From an uncultured Acidobacteriota bacterium (GTDB lineage Bacteria; Acidobacteriota; Terriglobia; Acidiferrales; UBA7541): a stretch of DNA of 64,000 nt. A program made the translations under genes and the position numbers. Positions within the stretch are counted from its first letter, which is position 1. The number at the start of each line of letters is the position of its first letter. Location of the stretch: positions 19,036-83,035 of the forward strand of contig CAVPFR010000029.1 of the NCBI GenBank assembly GCA_963703785.1, read 5' to 3'. Positions 47,351 through 58,195 of the stretch are shown piece by piece. A model generated the notes under the pieces. The model saw nothing but the letters and a program-made list of their open reading frames with translations. It did no database searches and was not told the DNA's origin.

Positions 47351-47373
47351 TCTCCTTCTTCCTGCAATTTGAG

Positions 47374-49045
47374 ATGCCCCATCCGGACCACACCGAAGCT
47401 CCAAACCCGCAGGGTGCGGGAGTTGCCGATTCGGGCGAACCCTCGCAGACAGCCGCCAGCGGCTCTCGTGGGGTGACCTTATCGGGTGTGCCGCTCAAAG
47501 TCGTATATACGCCCGAAGATCTTGCAGATTTTGATCCCGAAACGTCTCTCGGCTCCCCGGGCCAATTTCCCTACACGCGCGGAATCTATCCCACGATGTA
47601 CCGGGGCAAGTTCTGGACGATGCGGCAGTATGCCGGCTTTGGCACGGCGCTCCAATCCAACGAGCGCTACCGCTACCTGCTGGCCCAGGGCCAAACCGGG
47701 CTCTCGGTGGCGTTCGATCTGCCCACGCAGATGGGGTTCGATTCCGACCATCCCCGCGCGCGCGGCGAGGTTGGCAAGGTCGGCGTGGCCATCTGCTCGC
47801 TCGACGATATGCGCGAGCTGTTCGAAGGCATCCCGCTTGCGCAAGTCTCCACTTCGATGACCATTAACTCCACGGCAGCGATTCTCCTGGCGCTGTACGT
47901 GGCTGTGGCCCGGCAGCAGGGAGCCGATCTCGAAAAGCTCTCGGGAACCATCCAAAACGATATTCTCGAAGGAATATATTGCGCGTGGGACTTACATCTA
48001 TCCGCCGCGCCCGGCCATGCGCATCGTCACCGATGTTTTTGCCTGGTGCAAAGACGAACTCCCCGGTTGGACCACGATTTCCATCTCCGGCTATCACATC
48101 CGGGAGGCCGGTTCGACCGCCGCCCAGGAAGTGGGGTTCACGCTCGCCGACGCCATCGCTTACGTCGATGCCGCCATAGCCGCGGGTCTTCGCGTGGACG
48201 ACTTCGCCCCGCGGCTTTCTTTTTTCTTCAATGCGCACAGCGATCTACTCGAAGAGATCGCCAAGTTCCGCGCCGCGCGCCGCCTTTGGGCGGGACTCAT
48301 GCGAGACCGGTTCGGCGCGCGGGACCCGCGTTCGATGATGCTGCGCTTTCACGCTCAAACCGCGGGTTCCTCGCTCACGGCACAGCAGCCGGAAAATAAC
48401 ATCGTGCGCGTTGCCGTCCAGGCGCTCGCCGCCGTGCTGGGAGGATGTCAATCGCTGCACACCAACGCGCTCGATGAAGCTTTGGCGCTGCCCACGGAAG
48501 AGTCCGCGCGCCTCGCACTGCGCACGCAGCAAATCCTGGCCCACGAGACCGGAGTGACGAATACCGTCGACCCGGTTGGCGGATCGTATGCCATCGAGCA
48601 TCTGACCAACGAAATCGAAGCCGCCGCGCGTGCGTGTATCGAACGAATCGACGCCATGGGCGGAATGCTGCGCGCGATCGAAGCGGGTTACGTCCAGCGC
48701 GAGATCCAAAAGGCCGCTTACGAATACCAGCAAAGCGTGGAACAAAACGAGCGCATCATCGTGGGCGTGAACCGGTACCGCGCCGAGCGGGACGAGCCAA
48801 TCCCCATTATGCGAATCGACCCGGGGATTGAGCAGGAGCAGATCGGGCGCCTGCAGGCGCTGCGCGCCAAACGCGATAGCGCTCGCGCGAACGCGGCAAC
48901 CGCCGAAGTGGAATTTCGCGCCCGCACGGGCGAGAATCTGATGCCCGCAATCCTCGCGGCGGTCGAAGCTTACGCCACGGTGGGGGAAATCTCCGATGCG
49001 ATGCGCCGCGTTTTCGGCGAGCACCAGGAAACGCTTGCTCTTTAG
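47374..49045 (+). pseudogene. methylmalonyl-CoA mutase family catalytic (TIM-barrel) subunit, one frame break
   Basis: [37 protein letters not shown] (ORF 47218..48399), then [23 protein letters not shown] (ORF 48017..49045); join at about 47966-47972; no B12-binding domain. Confidence 0.8.
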
Positions 49046-49087
49046 GGCGCTCTTTAGGCGGGGCTGCGGCGTTCGATTCATCTTGCA

Positions 49088-49705
49088 ATGAAATTAATTT
49101 TGGCATCGGCTTCGCCGAGGCGCGCGGAAATTCTGCGCGACGCGGGCTTCTCTTTCGAGGTCGCCCAGGCGAACGTCGACGAAACTCGCCTTCGCGGCGA
49201 GACCGCTCGCGCCATGACCCGCCGCTTGGCCGAAGCCAAAGCCCGAGCGGTTGCGGAGAAATTAGGGGCTGAACCGCTGGAAGCCATCGTCATTGGCGCC
49301 GACACAACTGTAGAACTCCAGGGTCGGCTGCTCGGCAAGCCGGGATCCGCTAAAGCGGCGCGCGAAATGCTCCTGAAATTGAGTGGGAAAACTCATCGCG
49401 TGGTTACATCCGTTGCGCTTTTCCGCCTTACCGATCATGCGAGAAAGACCGCCACGGAGTCGACGCGGGTTCGTTTCGCACGGCTCAGCCGGGACGAAAT
49501 TGCTGCCTATGTCGACACCGGAGAACCGCTGGACAAAGCAGGGGCCTACGCGGTACAGGGAATCGGGGGGTGCTTCATCGAAAGAATTGACGGGTGCTAT
49601 TTCAACGTGGTGGGACTGCCACTAGCGCGGCTTTACCGTATGCTGGTTAGTCTGGGCTGGCAGTCTCCACGGAGAGCTCACGAGGGAGGCGAAGCCGCAG
49701 GTTGA
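49088..49705 (+). CDS. maf: Maf family nucleoside triphosphate pyrophosphatase
   Basis: MKLILASASPRRAEIL.. and DKAGAYAVQG. Confidence 0.9.
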   Translation: MKLILASASPRRAEILRDAGFSFEVAQANVDETRLRGETARAMTRRLAEAKARAVAEKLGAEPLEAIVIGADTTVELQGRLLGKPGSAKAAREMLLKLSGKTHRVVTSVALFRLTDHARKTATESTRVRFARLSRDEIAAYVDTGEPLDKAGAYAVQGIGGCFIERIDGCYFNVVGLPLARLYRMLVSLGWQSPRRAHEGGEAAG

Positions 49706-49727
49706 GCGCCGCTACTGCGGCTGGGAA

Positions 49728-49760
49728 AAGAGCTGTCGCTGGGGACAGCTCTTACTTCTT
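49728..49760. terminator. bidirectional intrinsic terminator between convergent maf and tatA
   Basis: 10-bp stem AAGAGCTGTC / GACAGCTCTT (49728-49753), 6-nt loop; U-rich tracts follow on both strands. Confidence 0.6.
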
Positions 49761-49961
49761 TTCAACCGAAGCCGCCGTATTGGGCGGAGGAACGGGATTC
49801 TGCGTTGCAGGCGTCGCCGGGGTATCGCCGCGCATGCCTTCTTTGAAGCTGCGGATGCCTTCGCCCATCCCGCGCATGACTTCGGGGATGCGCCTGCCGC
49901 CGAACAAAATTACGATGATCGCCAAAACGATCAGCCAGTGAATCGGGCTAAACTCACCCAT
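49752..49961 (-). CDS. tatA: twin-arginine translocase subunit TatA/E
   Basis: internal ATG 49961; HWLIVLAIIVILFGGRRIPEVMRGMGEGIRSFKEG. Confidence 0.9.
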   Translation of the reverse strand: MGEFSPIHWLIVLAIIVILFGGRRIPEVMRGMGEGIRSFKEGMRGDTPATPATQNPVPPPNTAASVEKK

Positions 49962-50069
49962 AGTTAACCTCGCCTCTTGAAGCTGCGTTCGCTGAGCCGC
50001 GCAGAAACCGAAGATCCACACCATAAAGCGTCAAATCCACGCATATGGTGACGACCCGAAACCCAGCGC

Positions 50070-52022
50070 CTATAGTATAACACGGTAATCTCCTACTCGC
50101 CTCGTAACACCGGAGCGATCCAAATACTCCAGCAGCGGAATGGCAAATTTGCGGCTCACGCCGGCAAGTTCCTTGAAATCGGCAATCGCCAGACGTTCGC
50201 CGCGGGTCCTCTTGTAATCGGCAAGGAGCTTCGTCAGGCGATGAACGGCATCCCGATGCAGAACCACGTCGCTTCCGATCTTTAGCAGAACTCGCTCCCG
50301 GACGAGCAATTCAAAGAGCTTTTGCGCCTGGGCTACCTCCACGGGCACGGACGCGAGCACCTGCTCCACGCCGGGCGTAGAGAGTCCCGCACGGGCAAAC
50401 TCGCGCTCGATCTGCTCCTTGGCGCGAGCCTCCTTCGGTTGCAAGTCGATGGAGCGACCCGCGCGCTTCACCAAATCGCCCGCGACTGCCAACTTGCCGG
50501 CCGTCACGGCATCCTCGAGGGCGGCGCGAAATATTTCCGGACGCAACGCCGAGGCGCAGCGGGTGCGCAAATCCTCTTTGGAGATGGCGTCGAGCAGGGG
50601 GTTTCCGCGATGGAATCGTTCCACTTCGTTCCATAGCCGGTTGGCGCAAGCGCTCACCACTGCAGGAGAGACGGCTACAAAAGGCTGCGAAATGATGCGC
50701 AACCGGCGTTCGGCCGCCAGGGCCTCCGCGATTTTCCGGATCTCCTCCTCCGGCCATCCCGTCCGCATGACCAGATTCGCGAGCGTGCTGCCCTGAGCCT
50801 CGGAGCAAACCATGGCCTCGAGCGCCGCTGCGCGCGCGCCAAAATCGCCATTCAGGCCGCGCTCCTGCAACTCGAGAAAAGTTGCCGCTTGCGGGCCGCG
50901 CAACCGCAGCCGCGGGATATGCAGCACCGTGCCGCCGCCAATGGTAACCACCGGGGAGAATTGCCGCAGGATGAAGCGGTCTCCCGGCAGCGCGAGTGTG
51001 GCATCGGCCAGGCGCAGGTGCGCGAACGCCGAGCTTCCCGGCGCCAACTCCGGCGCGGCGAGCAGCTGAACTTCCGCAATGGTTTCCGAGGAACCATGAT
51101 GGAAATGCACGCGCGCGCGATTCTTCAGCTTTCTCGCTGAACCCAGCAGAACGATGCGTGCACTCAGCCGCGAAGTCGCCTCGAATCGGCCGGGAGCCGC
51201 GGCAACCATGCCCCTGGACACTTCCTGATGGTCAATCCCGGCCAGATTTAGCGCCGTGCGCTGCCCCGCGGACGCCCTCGGCACCGCCTTACCGCCGGAC
51301 TGGACGGCCCGAACACGCAGGCGCCTCGCCGAAGGAAAAAGATCCACCTCGTCTTCAGGTTTTACCTGCCCTCCGAGCACTGTTCCAGTAACCACCGTGC
51401 CGAATCCCTTCATGGCAAACGCGCGATCGACGGGCAGGCGGAAGTAGCGCAGGGAACTTTTTGCCGGCGTTTCGCTGGCGACTCGATAAAGCTGACGGCG
51501 CAATTCGTCCAGTCCCGCGCCAGTCTTCGCACTCACGGGGACGATGCAGGGTCCCCCGGCTCCACCGAGCTCCCCGGGGCCGTCGGGGCCCGCCGGGCTA
51601 TCAAGGAACGATCCGCGGACGAACTCCTCCGCCTCCAGCCGTACTAGCTCAAGGACCTCGGGATCGACCAGATCGCACTTTGTAAGCGCCACGATGCCTC
51701 GGGGAATCCCCAACAGCTTGCAAATCTCAAAATGCTCTCGCGTTTGCGGTTTGATGGACTCGTCGGCCGCAATCACCAGCAGCACCAGATCGAAGCCGCA
51801 CGCCCCGGCGAGCATGTTGCGCACAAACCGTTCGTGGCCCGGGACGTCGACAAAGCCGATGCTCAAATCCTGGATCTGGAGGAACGCGAATCCAATATCG
51901 AGCGTGATGCCGCGCCGCTTCTCTTCTTCGAGGCGGTCCGGATGCGTGCCCGTGAGTGCCTCCACGAGCGCCGACTTGCCGTGATCGATATGGCCGGCGG
52001 TGCCGACAACGACATTTCGCAT
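50070..52022 (-). CDS. selB: selenocysteine-specific translation elongation factor SelB
   Basis: GTPase [20 protein letters not shown]; long winged-helix C-terminal part, 650 aa. Confidence 0.8.
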   Translation of the reverse strand: MRNVVVGTAGHIDHGKSALVEALTGTHPDRLEEEKRRGITLDIGFAFLQIQDLSIGFVDVPGHERFVRNMLAGACGFDLVLLVIAADESIKPQTREHFEICKLLGIPRGIVALTKCDLVDPEVLELVRLEAEEFVRGSFLDSPAGPDGPGELGGAGGPCIVPVSAKTGAGLDELRRQLYRVASETPAKSSLRYFRLPVDRAFAMKGFGTVVTGTVLGGQVKPEDEVDLFPSARRLRVRAVQSGGKAVPRASAGQRTALNLAGIDHQEVSRGMVAAAPGRFEATSRLSARIVLLGSARKLKNRARVHFHHGSSETIAEVQLLAAPELAPGSSAFAHLRLADATLALPGDRFILRQFSPVVTIGGGTVLHIPRLRLRGPQAATFLELQERGLNGDFGARAAALEAMVCSEAQGSTLANLVMRTGWPEEEIRKIAEALAAERRLRIISQPFVAVSPAVVSACANRLWNEVERFHRGNPLLDAISKEDLRTRCASALRPEIFRAALEDAVTAGKLAVAGDLVKRAGRSIDLQPKEARAKEQIEREFARAGLSTPGVEQVLASVPVEVAQAQKLFELLVRERVLLKIGSDVVLHRDAVHRLTKLLADYKRTRGERLAIADFKELAGVSRKFAIPLLEYLDRSGVTRRVGDYRVIL

Positions 52023-52117
52023 AGCAATGCGGTCCGATTACTTGAGCTCATGCTACAGAAGACTTACGGAGGGATCAAATTTGAGGGGTAAGTGTAAATA
52101 GCGCGGACTCAAGCTCT

Positions 52118-52831
52118 CTACAACGCTGCCGCGACTTCCTGCGCGATGGCCTGTGCCGCTGCCGCCGGATCAGGCGACGCCGTAATCGGCCGCCCCAATA
52201 CGAGATAATCGGCTCCCGCTCGAATCGCCTCCGCCGGAGTCGCGATCCGCGCCTGATCGTCGGATTTGTTGGCTTTGCGCGCTCCCGCTTGCGCCGGCCG
52301 AATTCCTGGGACGACGATCAAGAAATCCGGCCCGCAGGCGCGGCGGATCCGCTTTACTTCTTTTGGAGAGGCCACTACGCCATCCAGCCCGCATTTTTTG
52401 GCAAGTCGCGCCAGGCCCAAGGCTGTCGCTCCCGGAGTTCCCTTGAACCCCACGCGCCGCAGCTCGGTCTCATCGAGGCTCGTCAGTATGGTGATGCCCA
52501 GCAGCTTCGCGCGCAAATTGCCGCCGTGCTGCGCCAGCGCCTGCGCTGCGGCTCGCATCATCGGTGCTCCGCCGCTGGCATGGAGATCGAGGAGCCGAAC
52601 TTCGGGGAGTTCGGCCGCGGCGGAAATTGCGCCCGCCACCGTGTTAGGGATGTCATGGTACTTGAGATCGAGGAATACGCCCGGCCCCAGCGCCCCGATC
52701 TTTCGAACCGCTTCCGGGCCTTCCGCCGTGAATAGATGGATGTTGATTTTGAACATCCCCACAAGGCGGGCCATTCCGCGAGCCATGTCCAACGCTTCGT
52801 TGAGGCGGCCGAAGTCGAGCGCCAGGATCAA
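52118..52831 (-). CDS. pyrF: orotidine 5'-phosphate decarboxylase (TTG start)
   Basis: LDLKYHDIPNTV and PGIR..DQ..TP motifs. Confidence 0.85.
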   Translation of the reverse strand: MILALDFGRLNEALDMARGMARLVGMFKINIHLFTAEGPEAVRKIGALGPGVFLDLKYHDIPNTVAGAISAAAELPEVRLLDLHASGGAPMMRAAAQALAQHGGNLRAKLLGITILTSLDETELRRVGFKGTPGATALGLARLAKKCGLDGVVASPKEVKRIRRACGPDFLIVVPGIRPAQAGARKANKSDDQARIATPAEAIRAGADYLVLGRPITASPDPAAAAQAIAQEVAAAL

Positions 52832-52851
52832 TTTCTGAGTGGCGGAAGAGG

Positions 52852-53304
52852 TTATGGGAGTGGCGGCTCCTGGAGCAGTTCGATGCGAACCAGGGCCACG
52901 CCGCGGTCGATCAACCCCAGGCGGGAAGCGACGAGATAGGAGACGTCCAGTTCGCGGTCGTCGATAAACGGCCCCCGGTCGTTAATCCGTACCAGTTGGC
53001 TGTGGCCAGTTTTCAGGTCCGTGAGGCGCAGCAGCGAGCCGAAGGGAAGCCAGGGGTGGGCCGCCGTGGCGGCAAACATATCGTACAGCTGGCCGCTGGC
53101 GGTCTTCTTGCCTTCGAATTCCGGCCCGTACCAGCTCGCCAGCCCCGACCATACCTTGATCGCTTTCGGTGGCGTAGAAGGTCGCGCGGCTAAGGGTGCC
53201 TGAACTCCGGGTGTGATCAGCAAGACGAGAAGCGGCCAGGAGAGGGCGGCCGACGAGATGGAGAGGCGCTGGCGCATGAACGTGGACGGCCGGAAAGAAC
53301 GCAA
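52852..53304 (-). CDS. rlpA: RlpA-like lytic transglycosylase (DPBB) lipoprotein
   Basis: signal peptide; ASWYGPEFEGKKTASG..INDRGPF..RELDVS. Confidence 0.8.
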   Translation of the reverse strand: MRSFRPSTFMRQRLSISSAALSWPLLVLLITPGVQAPLAARPSTPPKAIKVWSGLASWYGPEFEGKKTASGQLYDMFAATAAHPWLPFGSLLRLTDLKTGHSQLVRINDRGPFIDDRELDVSYLVASRLGLIDRGVALVRIELLQEPPLP

Positions 53305-53331
53305 GGATCTTACTCCAGAGGGCCAGCTTGC

Positions 53332-54267
53332 TCAATCTTTTTGTATACGAAATGTCCCCCGTAAGTCTCTGATATAAATGATCTTCTCGGAGGCGCAGAG
53401 CTTTTCCACATCCGCCACGATGCGCGCGCAGGAGTTCGGATCGGCGAAGCTCGCTGTGCCCACCTGAACGGCCGAAGCGCCCACCACGAAGTATTCCAGC
53501 ACGTCCTCAGCCGTGTCGATCCCGCCCAAGCCGATCACCGGTATTCCCACAACCCGCGAGGCTTCGTAGACCAGCCGGAGCGTGATCGGCTTGATCCCTT
53601 GTCCCGATAATCCTCCCGTGGGATTTCCGATGCGCGAGGCTCTGGTTCGGAAGTCGATGCTCATTGCCGGATACGTATTGGCAACGGTCAAGGCATCGCC
53701 CCCCGCTTCCTCCGCCGCCTTGCCAATCGAGCCGATGTCCGCGACATTCGGCGAAAGTTTCACCCATAGTGGCCGGCGGGCTATCTTTCGCGCGGCGGCT
53801 ACAACCTCCGCGGCCATGGCGGGATTGCTGCCGAATTGAATTCCGCCGCAAGCGACATTGGGACAAGAGATATTCAGCTCATACGCCGCCAGACCTTCGG
53901 CGTCTTCCAAATGGCGAACGACCTCGGCGTACTCTTCCACGGTCCGCCCGAAAACGTTGGCAATGATCGCCGTCCGGTAACCCCGCAGCGCGGGTAGCTT
54001 TTCCGAGACAAACCGCCGTACCCCCACATTTTGCAGACCCACGGCGTTGATCATGCCGGCAGCCGTGGGCACCAGGCGCGGCGCCGGAGCGCCTTCCATC
54101 GGCTCGAGCGAGAGCCCTTTCACCACAATGCCGCCGAGCCGATTGAGGTCGGTGAGGTCGGCGAATTCAATGCCGTAGCCGAAGGTGCCGCTCGCAGCGA
54201 TAATGGGATTGGCGAGGTGCACGGCGCCCACATCTACGGAGAGATCCACTGCACTCGGAGGATTCAC
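53332..54267 (-). CDS. pyrD: dihydroorotate dehydrogenase, class 1 catalytic subunit (start chosen at GTG 54267)
   Basis: NPIIAASGTFGYG, NISCPN catalytic Cys, GGLSG; the longer ORF to 54636 would overlap pyrR. Confidence 0.8.
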   Translation of the reverse strand: MNPPSAVDLSVDVGAVHLANPIIAASGTFGYGIEFADLTDLNRLGGIVVKGLSLEPMEGAPAPRLVPTAAGMINAVGLQNVGVRRFVSEKLPALRGYRTAIIANVFGRTVEEYAEVVRHLEDAEGLAAYELNISCPNVACGGIQFGSNPAMAAEVVAAARKIARRPLWVKLSPNVADIGSIGKAAEEAGGDALTVANTYPAMSIDFRTRASRIGNPTGGLSGQGIKPITLRLVYEASRVVGIPVIGLGGIDTAEDVLEYFVVGASAVQVGTASFADPNSCARIVADVEKLCASEKIIYIRDLRGTFRIQKD

Positions 54268-54330
54268 GGCGCGTAGTCTAACACGCGAAACCGCAGAACT
54301 CGGTCGCCTGCCCGGCTTGAAAATGCGGCG

Positions 54331-54343
54331 GATCCCTCTGGTC
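54331..54343 (-). promoter_or_regulatory. weak PyrR-binding-loop-like element in the putative pyrD leader
   Basis: minus-strand GACCAGAGGGAUC versus remembered consensus UCCAGAGAGG; about 65 nt upstream of the pyrD start. Confidence 0.2.
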
Positions 54344-54421
54344 TCGGACTCCCCGGCTCCTCGAATCCACAGGACACAGGCTGCTGCGCCTTCGGTCTCC
54401 TGTGCTAGGATGTTCGCCCGG

Positions 54422-54970
54422 ATGCGCGTCGTCGAGAAAAACCAATTGATGTCCGCCACGGAGATCGACCGGACATTACAGCGCTTGGCCCATGAAATCG
54501 TGGAGAAAAGCGGCGGCACCGCGAATCTGGCGCTCATCGGGATCCGCCGCCGAGGCGTGCCTCTGGCACAGCGCATTGCGCGCTCCATGAACGGAATCGA
54601 GCACGTGGATATACCGGTGGGAACGCTGGATATCACGCTTTACCGCGATGATCTCTCCAAGATAGCTTCTCAGCCGGTGCTGCATTCGAGCGAGATATCC
54701 TTTCCCGTGGACGATAAAGACGTACTCTTGGTGGATGACGTGCTGTATACCGGACGCACCGCCCGCGCGGCCATGAACGGGCTATTCGATCTCGGGCGCC
54801 CCAGCCGCGTGCGCATGCTGGTGCTTATCGATCGGGGGCATCGCGAGCTTCCCATCGAAGCCAGTTTCGTGGGCAGGTCCATCCAGACGAGCTCCAGCGA
54901 AATCGTCGAGGTCCGGCTGCATGAAATCGACCGCGAAGATCGCGTCATGCTCGTGGAGCGCGTGGAATAG
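54422..54970 (+). CDS. pyrR: bifunctional pyr operon regulator / uracil phosphoribosyltransferase PyrR (start 54410 or 54422)
   Basis: IDRTLQRLAHEIVEK and PRPP motif VLLVDDVLYTGRTARAA. Confidence 0.85.
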   Translation: MRVVEKNQLMSATEIDRTLQRLAHEIVEKSGGTANLALIGIRRRGVPLAQRIARSMNGIEHVDIPVGTLDITLYRDDLSKIASQPVLHSSEISFPVDDKDVLLVDDVLYTGRTARAAMNGLFDLGRPSRVRMLVLIDRGHRELPIEASFVGRSIQTSSSEIVEVRLHEIDREDRVMLVERVE

Positions 54971-55020
54971 CCTCCCGCGCGGGACCGCACCGAACGGGGC
55001 AAATTTTCTAAGGGGACGAA

Positions 55021-55987
55021 GTGGTTGAACGCCTGCACGACCTGCTGACCATCGAAGATCTAACCAAGGAGCAGATCGGTTTTCTTCTCGATGAAGCCAA
55101 GCCATTTCAGGAATTTCACCGCCATCCGCTGAAAAAACTGGCCACCCTGCGCGGCAAAACCGTGGCCTTGGCCTTTTTCGAGGCTTCCACGCGCACGCGC
55201 ATCAGCTTTGGAACCGCAGCCTCGCGCCTCGGCGCGGACACGATGAATTTGCAGGCTGAGTCTTCCAGCCTGAAAAAGGGCGAATCGCTGCTGGATACCG
55301 TTCGAACATTGGACGCCATGAGACCGGACTGCATCGTCATGCGCCACGGTTCCTCAGGCGCCGCCGATTTCGTTGCCCGCCATCTGGATATACCTGTGAT
55401 CAATGCCGGCGATGGCACCCATGAACATCCCACGCAAGGGCTCCTCGATGCCCTCACCATCCGCGATCGCCGCGGCCACATCGAGAATCTCAACGTCACG
55501 ATTATCGGAGACATACTCCACAGCCGCGTGGCCCGTTCCAATCTCCACCTGCTCGGAAGATTTGGCTGCCGCTTCACCCTCTGCGGGCCGCCCATGTGGT
55601 TGCCGCGTGAGTTTGAGTGCCTTGGCAACGGCGTGCGGCGCTGCTCGAGGATCGAAGAGGCGCTCGAGGGAGCCGACGTGATCATTGTTCTGCGCGTGCA
55701 ACAAGAGCGACTGCATCGAGCCTGCCCTGCCGCTCGACGAATACATCATGCTTTATCAACTTACGCCCGAGCGCCTCAAGATTGCCCGCCCGGGTGCGCT
55801 TGTGCTTCATCCCGGACCAATGATTCGCGGCCTGGAGATCGATCCCGCCGTCGCCGATGGCCCCCAATCTTGCGTCCTGGAGCAGGTTACCAACGGCCTG
55901 GCTGTGCGCATGGCTCTGCTCTTTGTCATGCTGGCCACCGGCTCGGAAGCCGATGAGGCCAAAGGATCCGCTCATGCTGCAAATTAA
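55021..55987 (+). pseudogene. pyrB: aspartate carbamoyltransferase catalytic subunit, one frame break
   Basis: FFEASTRTRISF, HPTQGLLD, then [12 protein letters not shown] in the frame of ORF 55685..55987; join about 55711-55720. Confidence 0.85.
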
Positions 55988-57260
55988 GAACGGCCGCATG
56001 CTCGATCCTGCCAGCGGCACGGACGCGGCTCGCGATATTTGGATCGACGCCGGCCGCATCTCGCGAGTCTCGCCTCCGGAAAATTCGGCCGGCGCACCGA
56101 TCTCGTCGAACGGTGAAACACTCGACGCCGCTGGCCTTGTGATCGCTCCCGGGTTCATTGATTTGCACTGCCATCTGCGCGAGCCGGGCGGAGAGAGCTC
56201 GGAAACCATTGAAACCGGGACGCGAGCCGCGGCACGCGGCGGCTTCACGGCTGTGTGCCCCATGCCCAACACACGGCCCGTCAACGACAATGCCTCCGTG
56301 ACACGCGCGATCCTCGATCGCTCGGCTTCCGTAGCCAGCACGCATGTCTGGCCCATCGGCGCGGCGTCAGTCGGAAGTCGCGGCGAGGGCCTTTCCGAAA
56401 TTGGCGCCATGCAAAAGGCGGGCATTGTCGCGGTGAGCGACGACGGGCGGCCCATCGCCACAGCCAAGCTGCTGCGTCAGGTGATGGATTATTGCCGCGC
56501 CCTCGATCTGCCCGTCATCGACCACTGCGAGGACTCCTCGCTTTTCGCCGGCGCGGTCATGCGCGAGGGACGCCAGTCGGTGCGCCTGGGCCTTCGCGGC
56601 ATGCCCGCGGCCACCGAATCCATTGCCGTCGGACGCGATATTCAGGTCGCTGAACTCACCGGCTGCCGCTTTCATGTGGCGCACCTCTCGTCGCGTGACT
56701 CGCTCGATCTCGTCCGCGCGGCCAAGAAGCAGGGCCTGTCTGTGAGCTGTGAAGTCACTCCCCATCATTTCACGCTTTGCGACGAAGACGTGGTCTACGA
56801 CTCCCGCTTCAAAATGAATCCTCCGCTGGCCTCCACGCAAGATCGTGAAGCTTTGATCGCAGGACTCGCCGACGGTACCGTGGATGCGATCGCCACCGAT
56901 CACGCGCCACACGAAGCGGCACTCAAGGAAGTCGAATTCGATCGCGCTCCCTTCGGCGTCACCGGCTTTGAAACCGCCTTGGGCTTGGCTTTGGAACTGG
57001 TTCACGCCGGGAAACTATCGCTGATGCGTATGGTGGAGCTGTTTACTACCGGTCCGGCGCGAGTTTTGGGACGAAAGCGCGCCATCGCCGTTGGGGAGCC
57101 GGCGGACCTCACGATTTTTTCGACGGCCCACCCCTGGACGTTTCACGCTAAGCAGTCCGCCAGTAAATCCACCAATACCCCGTTTGAAGGCCGCTCCTTC
57201 CGCGGCGCTCCCATGGTCACTGTTGTCGGCGGACGAATTGTCTATCGGCGGGATGTCTGA
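55974..57260 (+). CDS. pyrC: dihydroorotase
   Basis: internal ATG 55974 (14-nt overlap with pyrB); [19 protein letters not shown] motifs. Confidence 0.85.
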   Translation: MLQIKNGRMLDPASGTDAARDIWIDAGRISRVSPPENSAGAPISSNGETLDAAGLVIAPGFIDLHCHLREPGGESSETIETGTRAAARGGFTAVCPMPNTRPVNDNASVTRAILDRSASVASTHVWPIGAASVGSRGEGLSEIGAMQKAGIVAVSDDGRPIATAKLLRQVMDYCRALDLPVIDHCEDSSLFAGAVMREGRQSVRLGLRGMPAATESIAVGRDIQVAELTGCRFHVAHLSSRDSLDLVRAAKKQGLSVSCEVTPHHFTLCDEDVVYDSRFKMNPPLASTQDREALIAGLADGTVDAIATDHAPHEAALKEVEFDRAPFGVTGFETALGLALELVHAGKLSLMRMVELFTTGPARVLGRKRAIAVGEPADLTIFSTAHPWTFHAKQSASKSTNTPFEGRSFRGAPMVTVVGGRIVYRRDV

Positions 57261-57314
57261 ACCGGCCAGGTTTTCCTCTAAATCTGCGAAAGGCTGGACG
57301 CGTCGAGGATCCAA

Positions 57315-58195
57315 CTAGCGCGTGGCCGGCTCGGCTGCGGGATGCATACCGTGCTGCGGCACTTCGTGGATTCCCCGCGGCGGCGGCTCGAGGTGACTTC
57401 GATAAAAATGATCGAGCGGCCCGGGGCCCTTGCCGATAGCAAAGCCGTTTTCGATAGCCTTAACGACATACGCTTTCGCCAGCATCACGGCTTCCCGCAG
57501 CCCGCGTCCTAGGGCAAGCTGCGCGGCAATCGCCGAAGCAAACGTGCAGCCGGAGCCATGCGTGTGTTCCGTGCGCACGTGGTCGCCCCCAAGCATGAGG
57601 GCTTCGGAGCCGTCAAAGAGCAGATCGACGGCTTTATCCATGTGGCCGCCCTTCACCACTACCGCCCGTGCCCCGGCCTCCACGAGCTTGCGCGCCGCCG
57701 CTTCCATTCCCGCCAAGTCCTTGATCTCCAAACCTGTGAGCGAGCCGCTTCCGGAACATTCGGCGTGATCACTGACGCGCGCTTCATCAGTTCCTCGGCC
57801 AGATATTTCACTCCGGCCGCATCGAGCAGATCCGGACCGCCCGCCGTGGGCTGCACCACCGGGTCCAGCACGATGTTTGGCAAATTCGTCTTGTCCAGAA
57901 ATTCGGCAACGGCCACCGCATTGGCCCGCGTGCCCAGCATCCCGATCTTCACCGCCGCGATTTGCAAGTCTTCCGCAAGCGCATCAAGCTGCGCCCGCAG
58001 AATTGCCGCGGGAGTGGCGTGAACGGCCTTCACGCCCTGAGTGGACTGCACCGTCAAAGCCGTGATCGCCGCGACGCCATAACAATTGTTAGCCGCCAAT
58101 GTCTTCAGGTCGGCGCCGATCCCAGCGCCGCAGGAAGGATCAAATCCCGCAACCGTCAAGACAATGGGAAAAGAAGGATGATGGTGGTTATTCAA
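57315..58195 (-). pseudogene. thiD: hydroxymethylpyrimidine/phosphomethylpyrimidine kinase, one frame break
   Basis: VLTVAGFDPSCGAGIGADLKT (ORF 57659..58195), then VVVKGGH..THGSGCTFASAIAA (ORF 57315..57731); join about 57741-57747. Confidence 0.85.

Noticed and set aside
50070-52022. Selenoprotein gene (in-frame TGA) near selB
   Set aside because: No pair of same-frame ORFs separated by a single TGA with a recognisable protein family was seen in this window.
54268-54636. N-terminal 122-aa extension of the pyrD ORF
   Set aside because: It overlaps the pyrR coding region on the opposite strand and has non-protein-like composition. The conserved PyrD N-terminus begins near 54267.
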